DNA of 64,000 nt from Phoronis australis (taxonomy: Eukaryota; Animalia; Phoronida). The notes under the pieces were generated by a model that was not told the DNA's origin, did not search any database, and saw nothing but the letters and a program-made list of their open reading frames with translations. The DNA lies in the NCBI GenBank assembly GCA_002633005.1, contig NMRA01000624.1, positions 179,010 to 243,009 on the forward strand, read 5' to 3'. Below are positions 54,801 through 62,427 of this stretch, one piece after another (the stretch's first letter is position 1; each line of letters begins with the position of its first letter). Position numbers and translations under genes: made by a program.

Positions 54801-57800
54801 ACTATTTCAACCTATGTGGAAACTATTTTCACCTGGGTGGAAATTATTTCAAACTAGGTGAAAACTATTTTCACCCGGGTGGAAACTATTTCAACCTAGG
54901 TGGAAATTATTTTCGCCTGGGTGGAAATTGTTTTCACCCAGGTGGAAATTATTTTCACCTGGGTCCGAACTATTTCGACCGAGGTGGAAATTATTTTCAC
55001 CTGGGTGGAAATTATTCTCACCCGGCTGGAAATTATTTTCCCCCGGCTGGAAATTATTTCAACCTAGGTGGAAATTGTTTTCACCCGGGTGAAAATAGTA
55101 TTCACCTAGGTTGAAATAATTTCCACGCAGGTGAAGATAGTTTCCACCCGTGTGAAAATAGTTTCCACCCGAATGAAAATAGTTTCCACCTAGGTTGAAA
55201 TAGTTTCCACCCAGGTGAAAATAATTTCCACCTAGGTTGAAATATTTCTTCCTAGGTGGAAAAGGAAAAATAGAAAATTAATAAGCTAAAATAGCGATGA
55301 TACTTTCGGGCCACCGTAGATAAAGGATATATGTTGAACACATTAGAAAATTAATGAGATTGTCACTGTCTCTTACATGTAACAGTGTTCAAAGAAATCT
55401 ACCTTACTGTATGTGTCTTGCCACCATAATGAATCATTTTCCACAATCAAATTCAATCACAGGGAAACTTCAAGAAAAAGAAAGGTTGAAAACCTCTCCC
55501 AGTTCCAAATATTCAATAATAAATGGGTCTGGCTACCTATTCTTAATTCGTTATTTATGGTAAATAATCTTTAGTTTAGGCCAGAGAAAAAAATCTTACT
55601 TGATAATTTTGCAGTACTAGCTGTCGCAATCTAAAAGGTACTGTTAGTAGTTTTTCCTGCACGTGAGTGAACTGCTAAGCCTATTTTCAGCCTCTTTTAT
55701 GTGAAAACATGAGCATTGTTTAAAATTTGGGAAATATAAAAAATGGAAATATTGCCCGTGCTCTGTAATTCATAAATGTCGAAAATTCAAATGTTGTTCA
55801 GATTTCAGTATCTCACAATTTTGAAGATTCTTGGATTGGAGAATTTTTAGCGTAGTAACATTTTTACAATTCCAATTATGTGCTATTTAAAACAGGGAGC
55901 GTCAAAAGAAATTTAGCTCTACGGTAAATAAGACGCTATTCAATTTCAAACAAAAATACACGTATTGCCAACATGACCATTCATTTATTTTCAGATGGGC
56001 TGAACTATAGTATTAAGGATGATAAAAATGTTTCTATGTTTCAAATTGTTTGAAGGCAACTGTACAGTGCAATCAATGCTAGTAATGATGCTTATTTTGC
56101 TGAACACTTAGATAATATGAAATTTCACCTGTTGGTCACACTGTGGGCTAAAGTGAAAAGCATTTTGGTTATGTGTTTCAGTTAAAAGGATTACTGTAAC
56201 AAGGTGTTTAGATGAAACGGCATTCAGGTTGACAACGATTTGCTATTTCCGGTACGGTGCACGCTTGCAGACATACATGTATTTTTTAAAGTTTACCATT
56301 AAAGTTGGGCTCGACATTTGTGTTTCCTGGTCAACTCAAGGAAGACATTGAACTATTTGTATGTAAGATACACTGTATAAGGCGACTGATTATCAACAGT
56401 TAACAAAGCACGCTACCACATATTCAGGTTGAAATTTGTAATGAAATCATCTCTGCCTCCTAATCATGATTGTTTGCTGTTACATGCTAAAAGAGCAAAC
56501 TACCACTTTGCCATTTACAAACGAGCCTTGCAACAGCATGTCAGTGCACCATCTTCAGTTGGTAATGGGTGGCTTTTGGAACAGGGTAGTCAGAAGTTCC
56601 ACTGGATGACTTTGTCTAGAAAATGTTATTGGACAGTGTATAGGAAGTGGGAAAATGTGCTCTTGTTTGAAGTTGGGAATTCCATAATTACTGTCGAGAT
56701 TATGTAAACACGGTGTTTCAAGAAACATCTTTTGATGACAATAATGATGATATAAATGATGATGGAGTGGATGAAAATAACATAAGTGTGGGCTATATTG
56801 TTAAAGAACTTGATTTTTGGTAGCCTGATAGAAAGAAACATTTTATCGTGCTGGTAACTATCGATGAAGTCAGATTTTTGAGGTCACATTTCTCGAAAAC
56901 GTGCAAGACAAACCTTGGGATTATTTAAATTATAGTGCTTAATGACATTAAAGCACCAAAAATATCTTGCCCTCAAAAAAGTAACCACGGAAGTATATTT
57001 CTAAGCTTCTTAGAGTCCAAGGACAATGGCATATGACGGCGAATTTAGGACCACTCCGACTATCGATGTGCCCTTAGTGGTAATTTTAGTTTTTTTACGC
57101 TTACCTTTGTATCTTCTGAAGACCTCAGCGGATTTCCAAAAAAAATTAACTGTTGGTTAGGTATTAGTGAGATGGCGCTATCTTCCTGTTTGCGGGTGGA
57201 TTCGAGGTACTTTTCGCCACGGGGTGGCTAATTTTACTGTTTTAGTTTGCTAATCTATCAACCAAACCGCTCAGGTAATGATTGGGAAATTTGACTATTT
57301 GTTTTACTTTGAACAGGATGGCTGAGGATGACCTTCCGACTTCGGCTACTGCGGTGCCTCTTAGGGGCAGTTTTGTTTGTTTTTGGACCCATGACTGTAA
57401 CTCCCGGCTACTAAACGCTCTACTGGATTTTTACTAAATTTTGCCATCCGGCGTATTTATACGAAGTTGAACACGGACGACGACAATTTTCGGACGAATC
57501 GAACTGCAGGTGTGCCCCCTAGTGGCAATTTTTAATATGGAAAATAGGCATCTATTAGTGGGGTAACGTTATTCTCCGGTCTTCGGTTTGATGCGTGGTA
57601 TTTTGTGCCACCTAGAGGCCATTTTTACTGCTCTCAAGTATGTTGGCGTCTATCTTCTGTCAACATAACCATTCTAAGGATTGTTGTGGAAATTGGCATA
57701 ATACTATATGTTCCCTAATATAAAGAAGAGGACTGATAATGGTTCATACTATAAATGTGTTTAAAAGTTCAAAGCTTTGTTATTTTTAATCCAAATTTTC

Positions 57801-60800
57801 CAGCCAGTTTCTGTTTTGTTCTACATTGCGAAATTCTTCGCAAAACATCATACTCTATTTCACTGTGTTAGTTTATCTTTTGTTTGTTTTAAGCACTCTT
57901 TGGGCTTTGTCTGTTTACTCGACCGAACGTTTGAAATTTTACACACAACATGTGTCTCACGATTACCTGAAACTCAAAGCTTGAAGTCGAACACAGGGTG
58001 GCGCCAGAAGTTGCGCGGTTATGTCAATGTTTTCGTAAAGAACGACCTGAAGTGGATCACCCCTTTCTCGCAACAATCTACATTTTCCATTTTCTATGGA
58101 CTGGACCTCTCTTCAGTTTACTTAAACTGCAATGCGTTTTATATGTACTGTACAATGTTCTTCAGTGCATAATGATTTCAAGGTCATTGTCGTGGAAAAA
58201 ATTAACCCTTTTTTCAGCAGTTAGAAGTAGCGCACAATTGAACGTAGTAGCTCTGCAATAGCTGGCAAACGCTATGCGTTAAAGCCATGTCCCACGCGTT
58301 AATTGGCATCGTATATTTATGTGTGTCTAAGTCGTAAAGATCCCGGCAAATGTCTGTCTGACAACGCGAGGTTTTGCAATTTGTCCACAAAATTGAACTT
58401 GTTGTTCTGTAGCTCTGAATGAAGGAAATAATTCCAAGAAGGTTGTCCCTTCTAACAACAATCCTAACACGTTTTCATTCAGAAAAACGGCAGCGATTCT
58501 CTAAGATGACCTACATGTAAATTACTAAGCCACTTCCTTGAAAAAAAGTTTACCCACGCTCAGTTGATAGTCTAACGTTGTTTGCTAAGCTGAATAATAG
58601 CTGGTCTTTATGTTGTGCACCGAATGTCCCCCGGTCAAAATTCCAGGACCCCGATGCCTCCCTGGCTCGGTTTTGAGCTGTCCTGTTATAATGTAGGCGT
58701 CATTCCTAATTTTCTTTGTTAACCCATAGGCGGATTTAGGGGGGCAGGGCCCCGTCCCCTTGGCTGCCGCAAGCAAAATGAAACAGCAGCAGCGTGAAGC
58801 GTGAGGAAATATTGAATATTGAGTTCAGGAGCTAGGGCCGGTAGCGGACGAAAGGGGGGGGTGCTCAGACGCGGAAACGCGTTGCATTTTTTTTTGTCCA
58901 CCAATACATTTTATGAACTCAAGGTCTACATCCTCCCCCCCCCCAACTTTCGGGCCGCCTGTGCACATACAATCGCGCTTTGCCCAATTCCCCCGAGGAT
59001 GTTGAAACCCCTTATGGAATCCAGTTCCGCCACTGTAACCGTCTATGAAATTGTGCATTAACACGATGACATTTGCCAATGGATATGTTATCTTACCATA
59101 TTTATGTTCCTGTTTTTAAGCAACTTCCTATGAGAAGTCATTGACGTATGGGTAATATTCGAAAGTGGCGCTATTTGTGACTTAGAAACAACTTTCGCCG
59201 TAACGACCTCATCAGTCTGAGGTCTACTTGCCGTGATTGTCTCGCCTTGCTTAAATGTGTCAAGTAAATGTAACAAATAAGGTGGTTGTATTGTTTAAAC
59301 TGTGATTGCCATCACTGGGTCAGTCATGGAAGACATAGCAGGACTATTCCACTTTTCAAAACATTTCAGTTTTGTGCTCTCTTCGTTCAGGTATCTAGAT
59401 AAGTATCTCCAAGCGCTATGGGCAATGGGTTATTAGTTTCTCGTGCCTGATGATTTGCAAAACGAATTTTGAAATAACTTGAAATAACTGTCTTGGCAAG
59501 CTACATGGATTAAAGAGAAATGAAACATCTGTTAAGTGTGTTTCGAAAATTTAGAAACATTGAATGATCCATTTCCGTCCGGTTGCTTTTATACAATGAA
59601 TTCCAAAGGCACATGTCAAGGTGTTGTTATCGTTTTATATTTCATGACAATAAAAGATCTCTTATAGAACACATTGAGTCAGTGTATCCTAATCTTCATC
59701 ATCGTGATCGTCTTTTTATTTCATTTATTTACAGATTGCAAAGAACAGTTTTGTTACAATGGTGGCGACCTTGATCCGGAAACCTGCAAGTGCAAGTGTT
59801 CAAATTTCGGTGTCAATAATTATAAACCGGAAGACAACTGCAAACGTAAGTTATCCTTATGGCCTCGTGACAGTTATTTCGCCGTTGGCCCTTGTTTGCC
59901 GCAATACGCTATGAAACACAGGTGCGGGCAAAAAGTCGTTGTACTTGACATTTGGCACACGGCAATGAAGTACAGCAGTTTTCCCAACCAGCTGAACATC
60001 ACCAAAATTTCTAGATCCAAACGTTCTACTCGATTTTTCTCTCTTTCTTTCATCTCCGTAGATTCCACAAAAATGCTGGCTACACCGAGCCACAATATAA
60101 ACAAGTGTCTCTCCACCCGCGTTGGCAAAATCAGGGAAATTAATTAGCAAGGTCATTCATAAAAACTTAGCGATTAATCGCATTTACGTCACTTTAAACT
60201 CCACATCATCGACAGAATATTCAAGTAATACCGGCTAGAAATTTGTCCTTGACGTACACGTAGTGGTCTAGCACAGTCTTGCCAAACTTAAGTCTGATAA
60301 CTTAATTTTAAAGACTGATCAGTGGTAATCTTTGAAGTAATTCATCAGAAAAATGAGCACCTACTGACGAGACTCTCATCGGTCATTCCACGCACCCAAC
60401 TGCTGTGCAGTTTATAAATTAAGTTATAGAATGTGCCCCCTTTAGACGTTTTCGCCAGAACGCCACGGATTCGAGTTCTCGGACATCCACGTAGATTACC
60501 TTAGTGAGCACTATTTCTTCGAGGTTCCTTTTGTACATGTTGCTCAATTTTTTTGTAAATTGGGTTTGAATCGAGAAAGTATATGTTTTTAGACATTGGC
60601 CATTTTACGTTCTGTTTACAAATAAACTCAGTGTTCCGAACATGAATCACTGACTAATGATAGTCCAGATTGACGACTGCTACATCTGATTTCATGAACA
60701 TGGTTTAAAAGTAATTGTGTTTTTAGACTTAGAATAGGTGTATTAGATAATTGTGAATTTCATCAAGTCGGTTTAAATTTTAGATCAGTGGTCAACTAAA

Positions 60801-62312
60801 AACAGTTTATATCTCGTTCAAGCCGGTTTATACTTCACCACCGATGTCTAAATTCCTTAGACCTGCACTTGATCATAAACCAGGTTTAACTTTGGACGTG
60901 ATCAGATTCAGTTTAATACGGTTGACTTCTGCGGTGTAGAGTTGCTCAAACGTACAGTACAGTTGAGAGACCATTTAGGGTGTGTCGCCGACTTCAGAAT
61001 GGACCACGTTCAGTTTTACGTGAGCGATAAACTTGAAAAATCGGTTCCGAATGACAACACTGGCAACAGACTTCATAAAAGTGGCGCTAGGTCAACCAGT
61101 GCAACTAACCTTGAGGAAGCAGAGTACAACGTCAGAACTGAAAGTGTTATTTACGATTCTATACAACCGGTAGCTAATCATACTTTATTTAATTTTGAAA
61201 GTTTGTTTTCAGTCGCATTACAAAACATGCAGGCCCTGTTGCAACTGTCCTAATTGATGATATAATCAAACTGCATAATATGATCAGTGACTGCCGAGCT
61301 GTGACACACTGACTGAGAAGCCCGTTTCTGGTTACGGGACGGTGTTCCTCAGACTCTGTATCGTCGTGATGTTTGAAAAGACGAGTCCCGAGTTCGATCC
61401 CTACCAGTCCCAATTATATAAGTGCGGCTCACACCGCAAGGTACATGTATCTGATAAACCACACCGGTGTTATCCACAAAACTACATTTGTCCTTGACAT
61501 GCACAACAAAACTTCTGAGCCTCCTGACTGGTTTAGTAGCACTATTTTTTTTTTTAATTGCAGGCGGTCTGATACACGTTGTATCAGACGTGCGCAGGCC
61601 TCGCATGTGGGCCCATTGCACTGATCNGGCTCAAAGGTTTAGCAGTGTGACCTGGTGGGACTTGAACCCACGACCTCGAGTAAAGAAAGCGGGCACTTAT
61701 CAACCAGGCCACACTGCCTCCTCTAGTAGCACTAGAAGTGTTATAGGATTTCATCGCAGAGGAGTGCCTGCGTGTTGTGATGCCGCGACTTGTTAGCACT
61801 GCCGCGGGTTGATTGTGTTTTGAGACTCCCTGTTAAATTGTTATGGAGTCCCAGATATCAAATCTATCCAAACACAGTTGAAGACACATACACTGTACGT
61901 GTACATATACTGTATGAACATAATGTATATGCATGTACAGTGTATTCGTGTATAGTGTGGAACCATCTAAGTCTTTCGGTAGAGTGATTTTGCTATCCCG
62001 TTTTCGACGTGAGGCCTTCTTTGCTGCAATTCTTTCACTTTGTACATGTAATTGTGATGTTTACTGACTCGTTGAGACAACAATTACAAAGAATTGCACG
62101 ATGTGTTATCAAGAAGATCATTAGGTATCCAGGCAGTAGCGCGGTGTATCACTTCCTCAAAGCATAGCATTACAATAGGTTTGTTGCTATTTTAGTATTC
62201 TGCAAATCAGCAAAAAAGCCGCCACACTGTACTGAACCCGACTTCCTGGATACGTGTGGCAAATACGGCTCTACACCGTTGCAATGTCCATTTATGTGCA
62301 ACGTTTGCCCCT
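3450..62312 (+). CDS. Spliced gene model (partial): (ShKT)x6-7 - linker - CAP/SCP - EGF-like - ShKT; cysteine-rich venom/secretory-protein-like (Tex31/Mr30-like)
   Basis: 16 AG/GT-bounded exons joined by hand with compatible phases and no stop: 3450-3584, 19959-20099, 22161-22301, 23999-24136, 30909-31049, 35850-35993, 42071-42211, 43081-43101, 46592-46708, 47937-48025, 48502-48586, 49288-49430, 51710-51798, 52604-52683, 59735-59845, 62196-62312 (1833 nt). No ATG/signal-peptide exon or stop exon identified. Membership of exon A is uncertain. Confidence 0.75.
4440..7503 (+). mobile_element. Degenerate, internally deleted non-LTR retrotransposon (I/Jockey group LINE)
   Basis: ORF1 remnant 4621-5007 with gag-like zinc knuckles (CNHCGNNHKSLEC, CANCGGPHPA...C), an SYAQAAK motif and a premature TAG at 4816-4818. 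ORF2 from ATG 5030 encodes an APE endonuclease (INLNG, ETWL, GGGV, IYNP, GDFN, SDH), with frameshifted linker to KNSSPRND at about 6450. RT core absent; C-rich 3' tail about 7300-7500. Confidence 0.88.
6455..7105. mobile_element. Foldback/MITE: near-perfect 650-bp palindrome inserted in the LINE
   Basis: Arms 6455-6767 and 6794-7105 (about 312 bp) are reverse complements with scattered mismatches; 26-bp loop; termini CATAAC...GTTATG; no perfect TSD (TCCA vs ACCA). Confidence 0.9.
7504..9010. repeat. Diverged copy of 62969-64000 (interrupted by an insertion at about 7750-8290)
   Basis: Collinear matches: accaagcacttcc.gaacaa, tgcctctcaac, ttgcggaccagtaag, ccatatcattttgacctcatca, gagcgacc.ataagcg.accg, gcaaaagtgga.aac. 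Confidence 0.85.
7753..7828. repeat. (TAGA)n microsatellite
   Basis: Imperfect tagataga run. Confidence 0.9.
9481..9635. mobile_element. Short GC-rich MITE (GGCG(G/T)ATCTAG...GATCCGCC type)
   Basis: Imperfect terminal inverted repeats cataggcgtatctag / ctcgatccgcccccg; related sequence at 58726; no clear TSD. Confidence 0.45.
9721..13965. mobile_element. Possible non-autonomous CACTA/EnSpm-like element (CCCAG terminus) with internal inverted repeats
   Basis: Left end cccagtaaacatgacagtattggcccagtact; inverted, reiterated gtactggccc / ggggccaatac motifs at 13750-13962; internal IR pair 10739-10768 and 11466-11495; right terminus degraded. Confidence 0.4.
14742..19512. repeat. Near-identical 2.38-kb tandem duplication joined by a single N (probable haplotype/assembly artefact)
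   Basis: 14742-17125 and 17127-19512 differ only by scattered substitutions and 1-2 bp indels; N at 17126 exactly at the junction; duplicated ORF-track entries. Confidence 0.9.
19959..20099 (+). CDS. ShKT-like exon B (phase 1-1)
   Basis: ttttacag|...|gtactg; SRPCLDKLEDCSSHGDVDTLCTKYKGWSIVNCEAYCGFCKRPSTTT; 141 nt. Confidence 0.85.
21812..21922. repeat. (AAT)n microsatellite followed by (AGC/AGT)n
   Basis: Direct reading; shorter AAT runs occur at the equivalent position of paralogous introns (about 3073, 23750, 30405). Confidence 0.92.
22161..22301 (+). CDS. ShKT-like exon C (phase 1-1)
   Basis: ttttacag|...|gtgagt; PKPCVDKVENCGSYGHVSTLCTRYRSWASVNCEAYCGFCIGRSTAT; 141 nt. Confidence 0.9.
22500..22925 (-). 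mobile_element. 5'-truncated non-LTR retrotransposon fragment encoding RNase H
   Basis: Minus strand gives AIVTDSQSMLR and, after a frameshift, FSPGHARVVGNKRADKVA (RNase HI TDS and PGHxGxxGNExAD motifs); stops and frameshifts present. Confidence 0.8.
23999..24136 (+). CDS. ShKT-like exon D (phase 1-1)
   Basis: tttacag|...|gtaagt; ARPCLNKADNCASYGSVDTLCTRYKSWASENCEAYCGFCIGQSTT; lies within ORF 23986..24243; 138 nt. Confidence 0.9.
24753..25190. mobile_element. MITE with about 35-bp TIRs (PIF/Harbinger-like)
   Basis: tgccgggttgcatgaaacagtcccaattagggactc vs gagtcccagtttgggactatttcattcaaccggca; TSD not clear. Confidence 0.55.
25355..25392. repeat. (CA)n microsatellite
   Basis: Direct reading. 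Confidence 0.85.
30909..31049 (+). CDS. ShKT-like exon E (phase 1-1)
   Basis: ttttgcag|...|gtgagg; PRPCVNKINNCASYGPASSLCLLYKSWASERCEAYCGFCVPPSTTT; 141 nt. Confidence 0.9.
33164..34067. mobile_element. About 110-bp Merlin-like MITE split by a solo LTR
   Basis: 8-bp TSD TGTTTAGT (33156-33163, 34068-34075); TIR GGCAATGGTCTGATATAACGTG / CACGTTCTGTCAGACTATTGCC; absent from the paralogous intron at about 1760-1800. Confidence 0.8.
33255..34043 (-). mobile_element. Solo LTR (789 bp)
   Basis: TGTCA...TGACA termini; 5-bp TSD GGCAC (33250-33254, 34044-34048); TATAAATA at about 33700 and AATAAA at about 33357 on the minus strand. Confidence 0.85.
35850..35993 (+). CDS. ShKT-like exon F (phase 1-1)
   Basis: ttttacag|...|gtaagt; PRPCVNKVDCASYGEVNTLCTEYRGWASDNCEAYCGFCVAPSTLPTK; 144 nt. 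Confidence 0.9.
40085..41643 (+). mobile_element. Non-autonomous Kolobok-like DNA transposon with degenerate THAP domain
   Basis: TTAA|AGGAGATTGCCACCC ... GGGTGGCTCTCTCCT|CTAA. ORF 40238..40480 reads CIVPAC...SFFRLP...VCSRYFVDSDF, a THAP pattern with the conserved W and H substituted. Flanks join into the paralogous pre-exon intron sequence. Confidence 0.75.
42071..42211 (+). CDS. ShKT-like exon G (phase 1-1), most divergent copy
   Basis: tttcatag|...|gtaagt; SRPCVDLKDNCDAYPDDMCTNHLYKGFARTNCEAFCGFCIGPSTTT; 141 nt. Confidence 0.9.
43081..43101 (+). CDS. 21-nt linker micro-exon (E-F-T-P-P-K-R)
   Basis: tttttgttccag|AATTCACACCTCCAAAAAGAA|gtaagt; strong acceptor and donor, length divisible by 3, phase 1-1 fits both neighbours. 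Confidence 0.65.
44081..44200. repeat. 12-bp minisatellite (TATCAGATACAG-like)
   Basis: About 8 imperfect units; explains the QYQIQHQ periodicity of ORF 43913..44182. Confidence 0.75.
46360..46387. repeat. (TA)n microsatellite
   Basis: Direct reading. Confidence 0.95.
46592..46708 (+). CDS. CAP protein N-terminal extension exon
   Basis: ttttttcaaatacag|...|gtaaat; phase-1 reading AVPLPQRPAGDCKDKFKYHFSGKHSACFARSSKHKAIT (C...HxxC pattern preceding invertebrate CAP domains). Confidence 0.8.
46855..47135. repeat. About 43-bp minisatellite, 6-7 diverged units
   Basis: Unit like GCTAATGACGTTTCGTCAAACTGATCGACGTTTGTCATCCTAA. Confidence 0.8.
47937..48025 (+). CDS. CAP domain exon 1 (CAP3 motif HNxxR)
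   Basis: polypyrimidine tract + cag|...|gtgaga; GVSDKNKKLIVSLHNKVRSEVSDAKFMLKM. Confidence 0.92.
48502..48586 (+). CDS. CAP domain exon 2
   Basis: tatag|...|gtaaat; RWDDEVAMVAQRWAEVCKFAHDSDRSIP (WDxxxAxxAQxWAxxCxFxH). Confidence 0.92.
49288..49430 (+). CDS. CAP domain exon 3 (GQNI, WxDE, GHYTQ)
   Basis: ttttag|...|gtcagt; GRFYVGQNIAYYSVRSTNWPFIIKLWADEKQYYTHGDKWNETFGHYTQ. Confidence 0.95.
51710..51798 (+). CDS. CAP domain exon 4 (IGC..., YVCNYxP, CAP2 motif)
   Basis: ttgcag|...|gtaagt; MVTAGTYLIGCGEAICEGIGHYYVCNYAPG. Confidence 0.93.
52604..52683 (+). CDS. CAP hinge exon
   Basis: ttgtag|...|gtaagg; phase 2-1; GMSRYPYPKGILGTACPAFIDNNNLC (PYxxG...CP...NLC). Confidence 0.88.
52867..57026 (+). 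mobile_element. Academ-like DNA transposon relic
   Basis: Imperfect TIRs tagtcc...ctccgtggctactttctgggggcaa / ttgccctcaaaaaagtaaccacggaag...ggacaa. Transposase C-terminal remnant 56429-56610 reads LPPNHDCLLLHAKRANYHFAIYKRAL..PSSVGNGW...W, matching the LPP...H.xRA.Y..W...GW motif, and is followed by an acidic tail remnant. Confidence 0.72.
54413..55318. mobile_element. 906-bp foldback DNA element filled with a 21-bp satellite
   Basis: 6-bp TSD GATAAA (54407-54412, 55319-55324); TIR TACG(A/G)TGGCCCGAAAGTATCATCGC; about 29 units of CACCTGGGTGGAAACTATTTT followed by about 8 inverted units, flipping near 55085. Confidence 0.9.
57068..57625. repeat. Diverged repeat with about 150-bp period carrying CTCF-like motifs
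   Basis: GTGCC(C/A)CCTAG(T/A)GG(C/T)AATTTT-like motif at about 57068, 57214, 57355, 57512 and 57605. Confidence 0.6.
58726..58963. mobile_element. GC-rich MITE-like insertion
   Basis: Starts cataggcggatttagggggg and ends ggccgcctgtg; resembles the 9481 element. Confidence 0.4.
59735..59845 (+). CDS. EGF-like exon
   Basis: tttacag|...|gtaagt; DCKEQFCYNGGDLDPETCKCKCSNFGVNNYKPEDNCK (CxNGG..CxCxC..Y....C). Confidence 0.9.
61640..61718 (-). mobile_element. tRNA-derived SINE head (pol III A/B boxes), truncated at a scaffold N
   Basis: Minus strand GTGGCCTGGTTGATAAG (A box) ... GGTTCAAGTCCC (B box); extra bases before the 3' acceptor strand and a poor anticodon arm; N at 61627. Confidence 0.55.
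62196..62312 (+). CDS. C-terminal ShKT/ICR-like exon
   Basis: ttttag|...|gtaagt; LFCKSAKKPPHCTEPDFLDTCGKYGSTPLQCPFMCNVCP (CPxMCxxC); donor shows the gene continues downstream. Confidence 0.88.
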
Positions 62313-62404
62313 GTAAGTATATTGCACATTTCAATATTAAGGGTACAAGTATCCCTATTTAAATGCACTTACACCATTAAGCCCTCGTAAAATACATGTA
62401 ATTT

Positions 62405-62427
62405 TGTGTGTGTGTGTGTGTGTGTGT
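62405..62427. repeat. (TG)n microsatellite ending at a scaffold N (62428)
   Basis: Direct reading. Confidence 0.95.

Noticed and set aside
54743-55114. 123-aa ORF of GGNYFHL heptad repeats
   Set aside because: It is the translation of the 21-bp satellite inside a TSD-flanked foldback element; no splice or start context.
54480-55260. CRISPR-like repeat array
   Set aside because: Units are contiguous with no unique spacers, there are no cas genes, and the context is eukaryotic.
61640-61718. Functional tRNA gene
   Set aside because: A and B boxes are present but the cloverleaf is broken (extra bases before the 3' acceptor strand, weak anticodon arm); more consistent with a SINE head.
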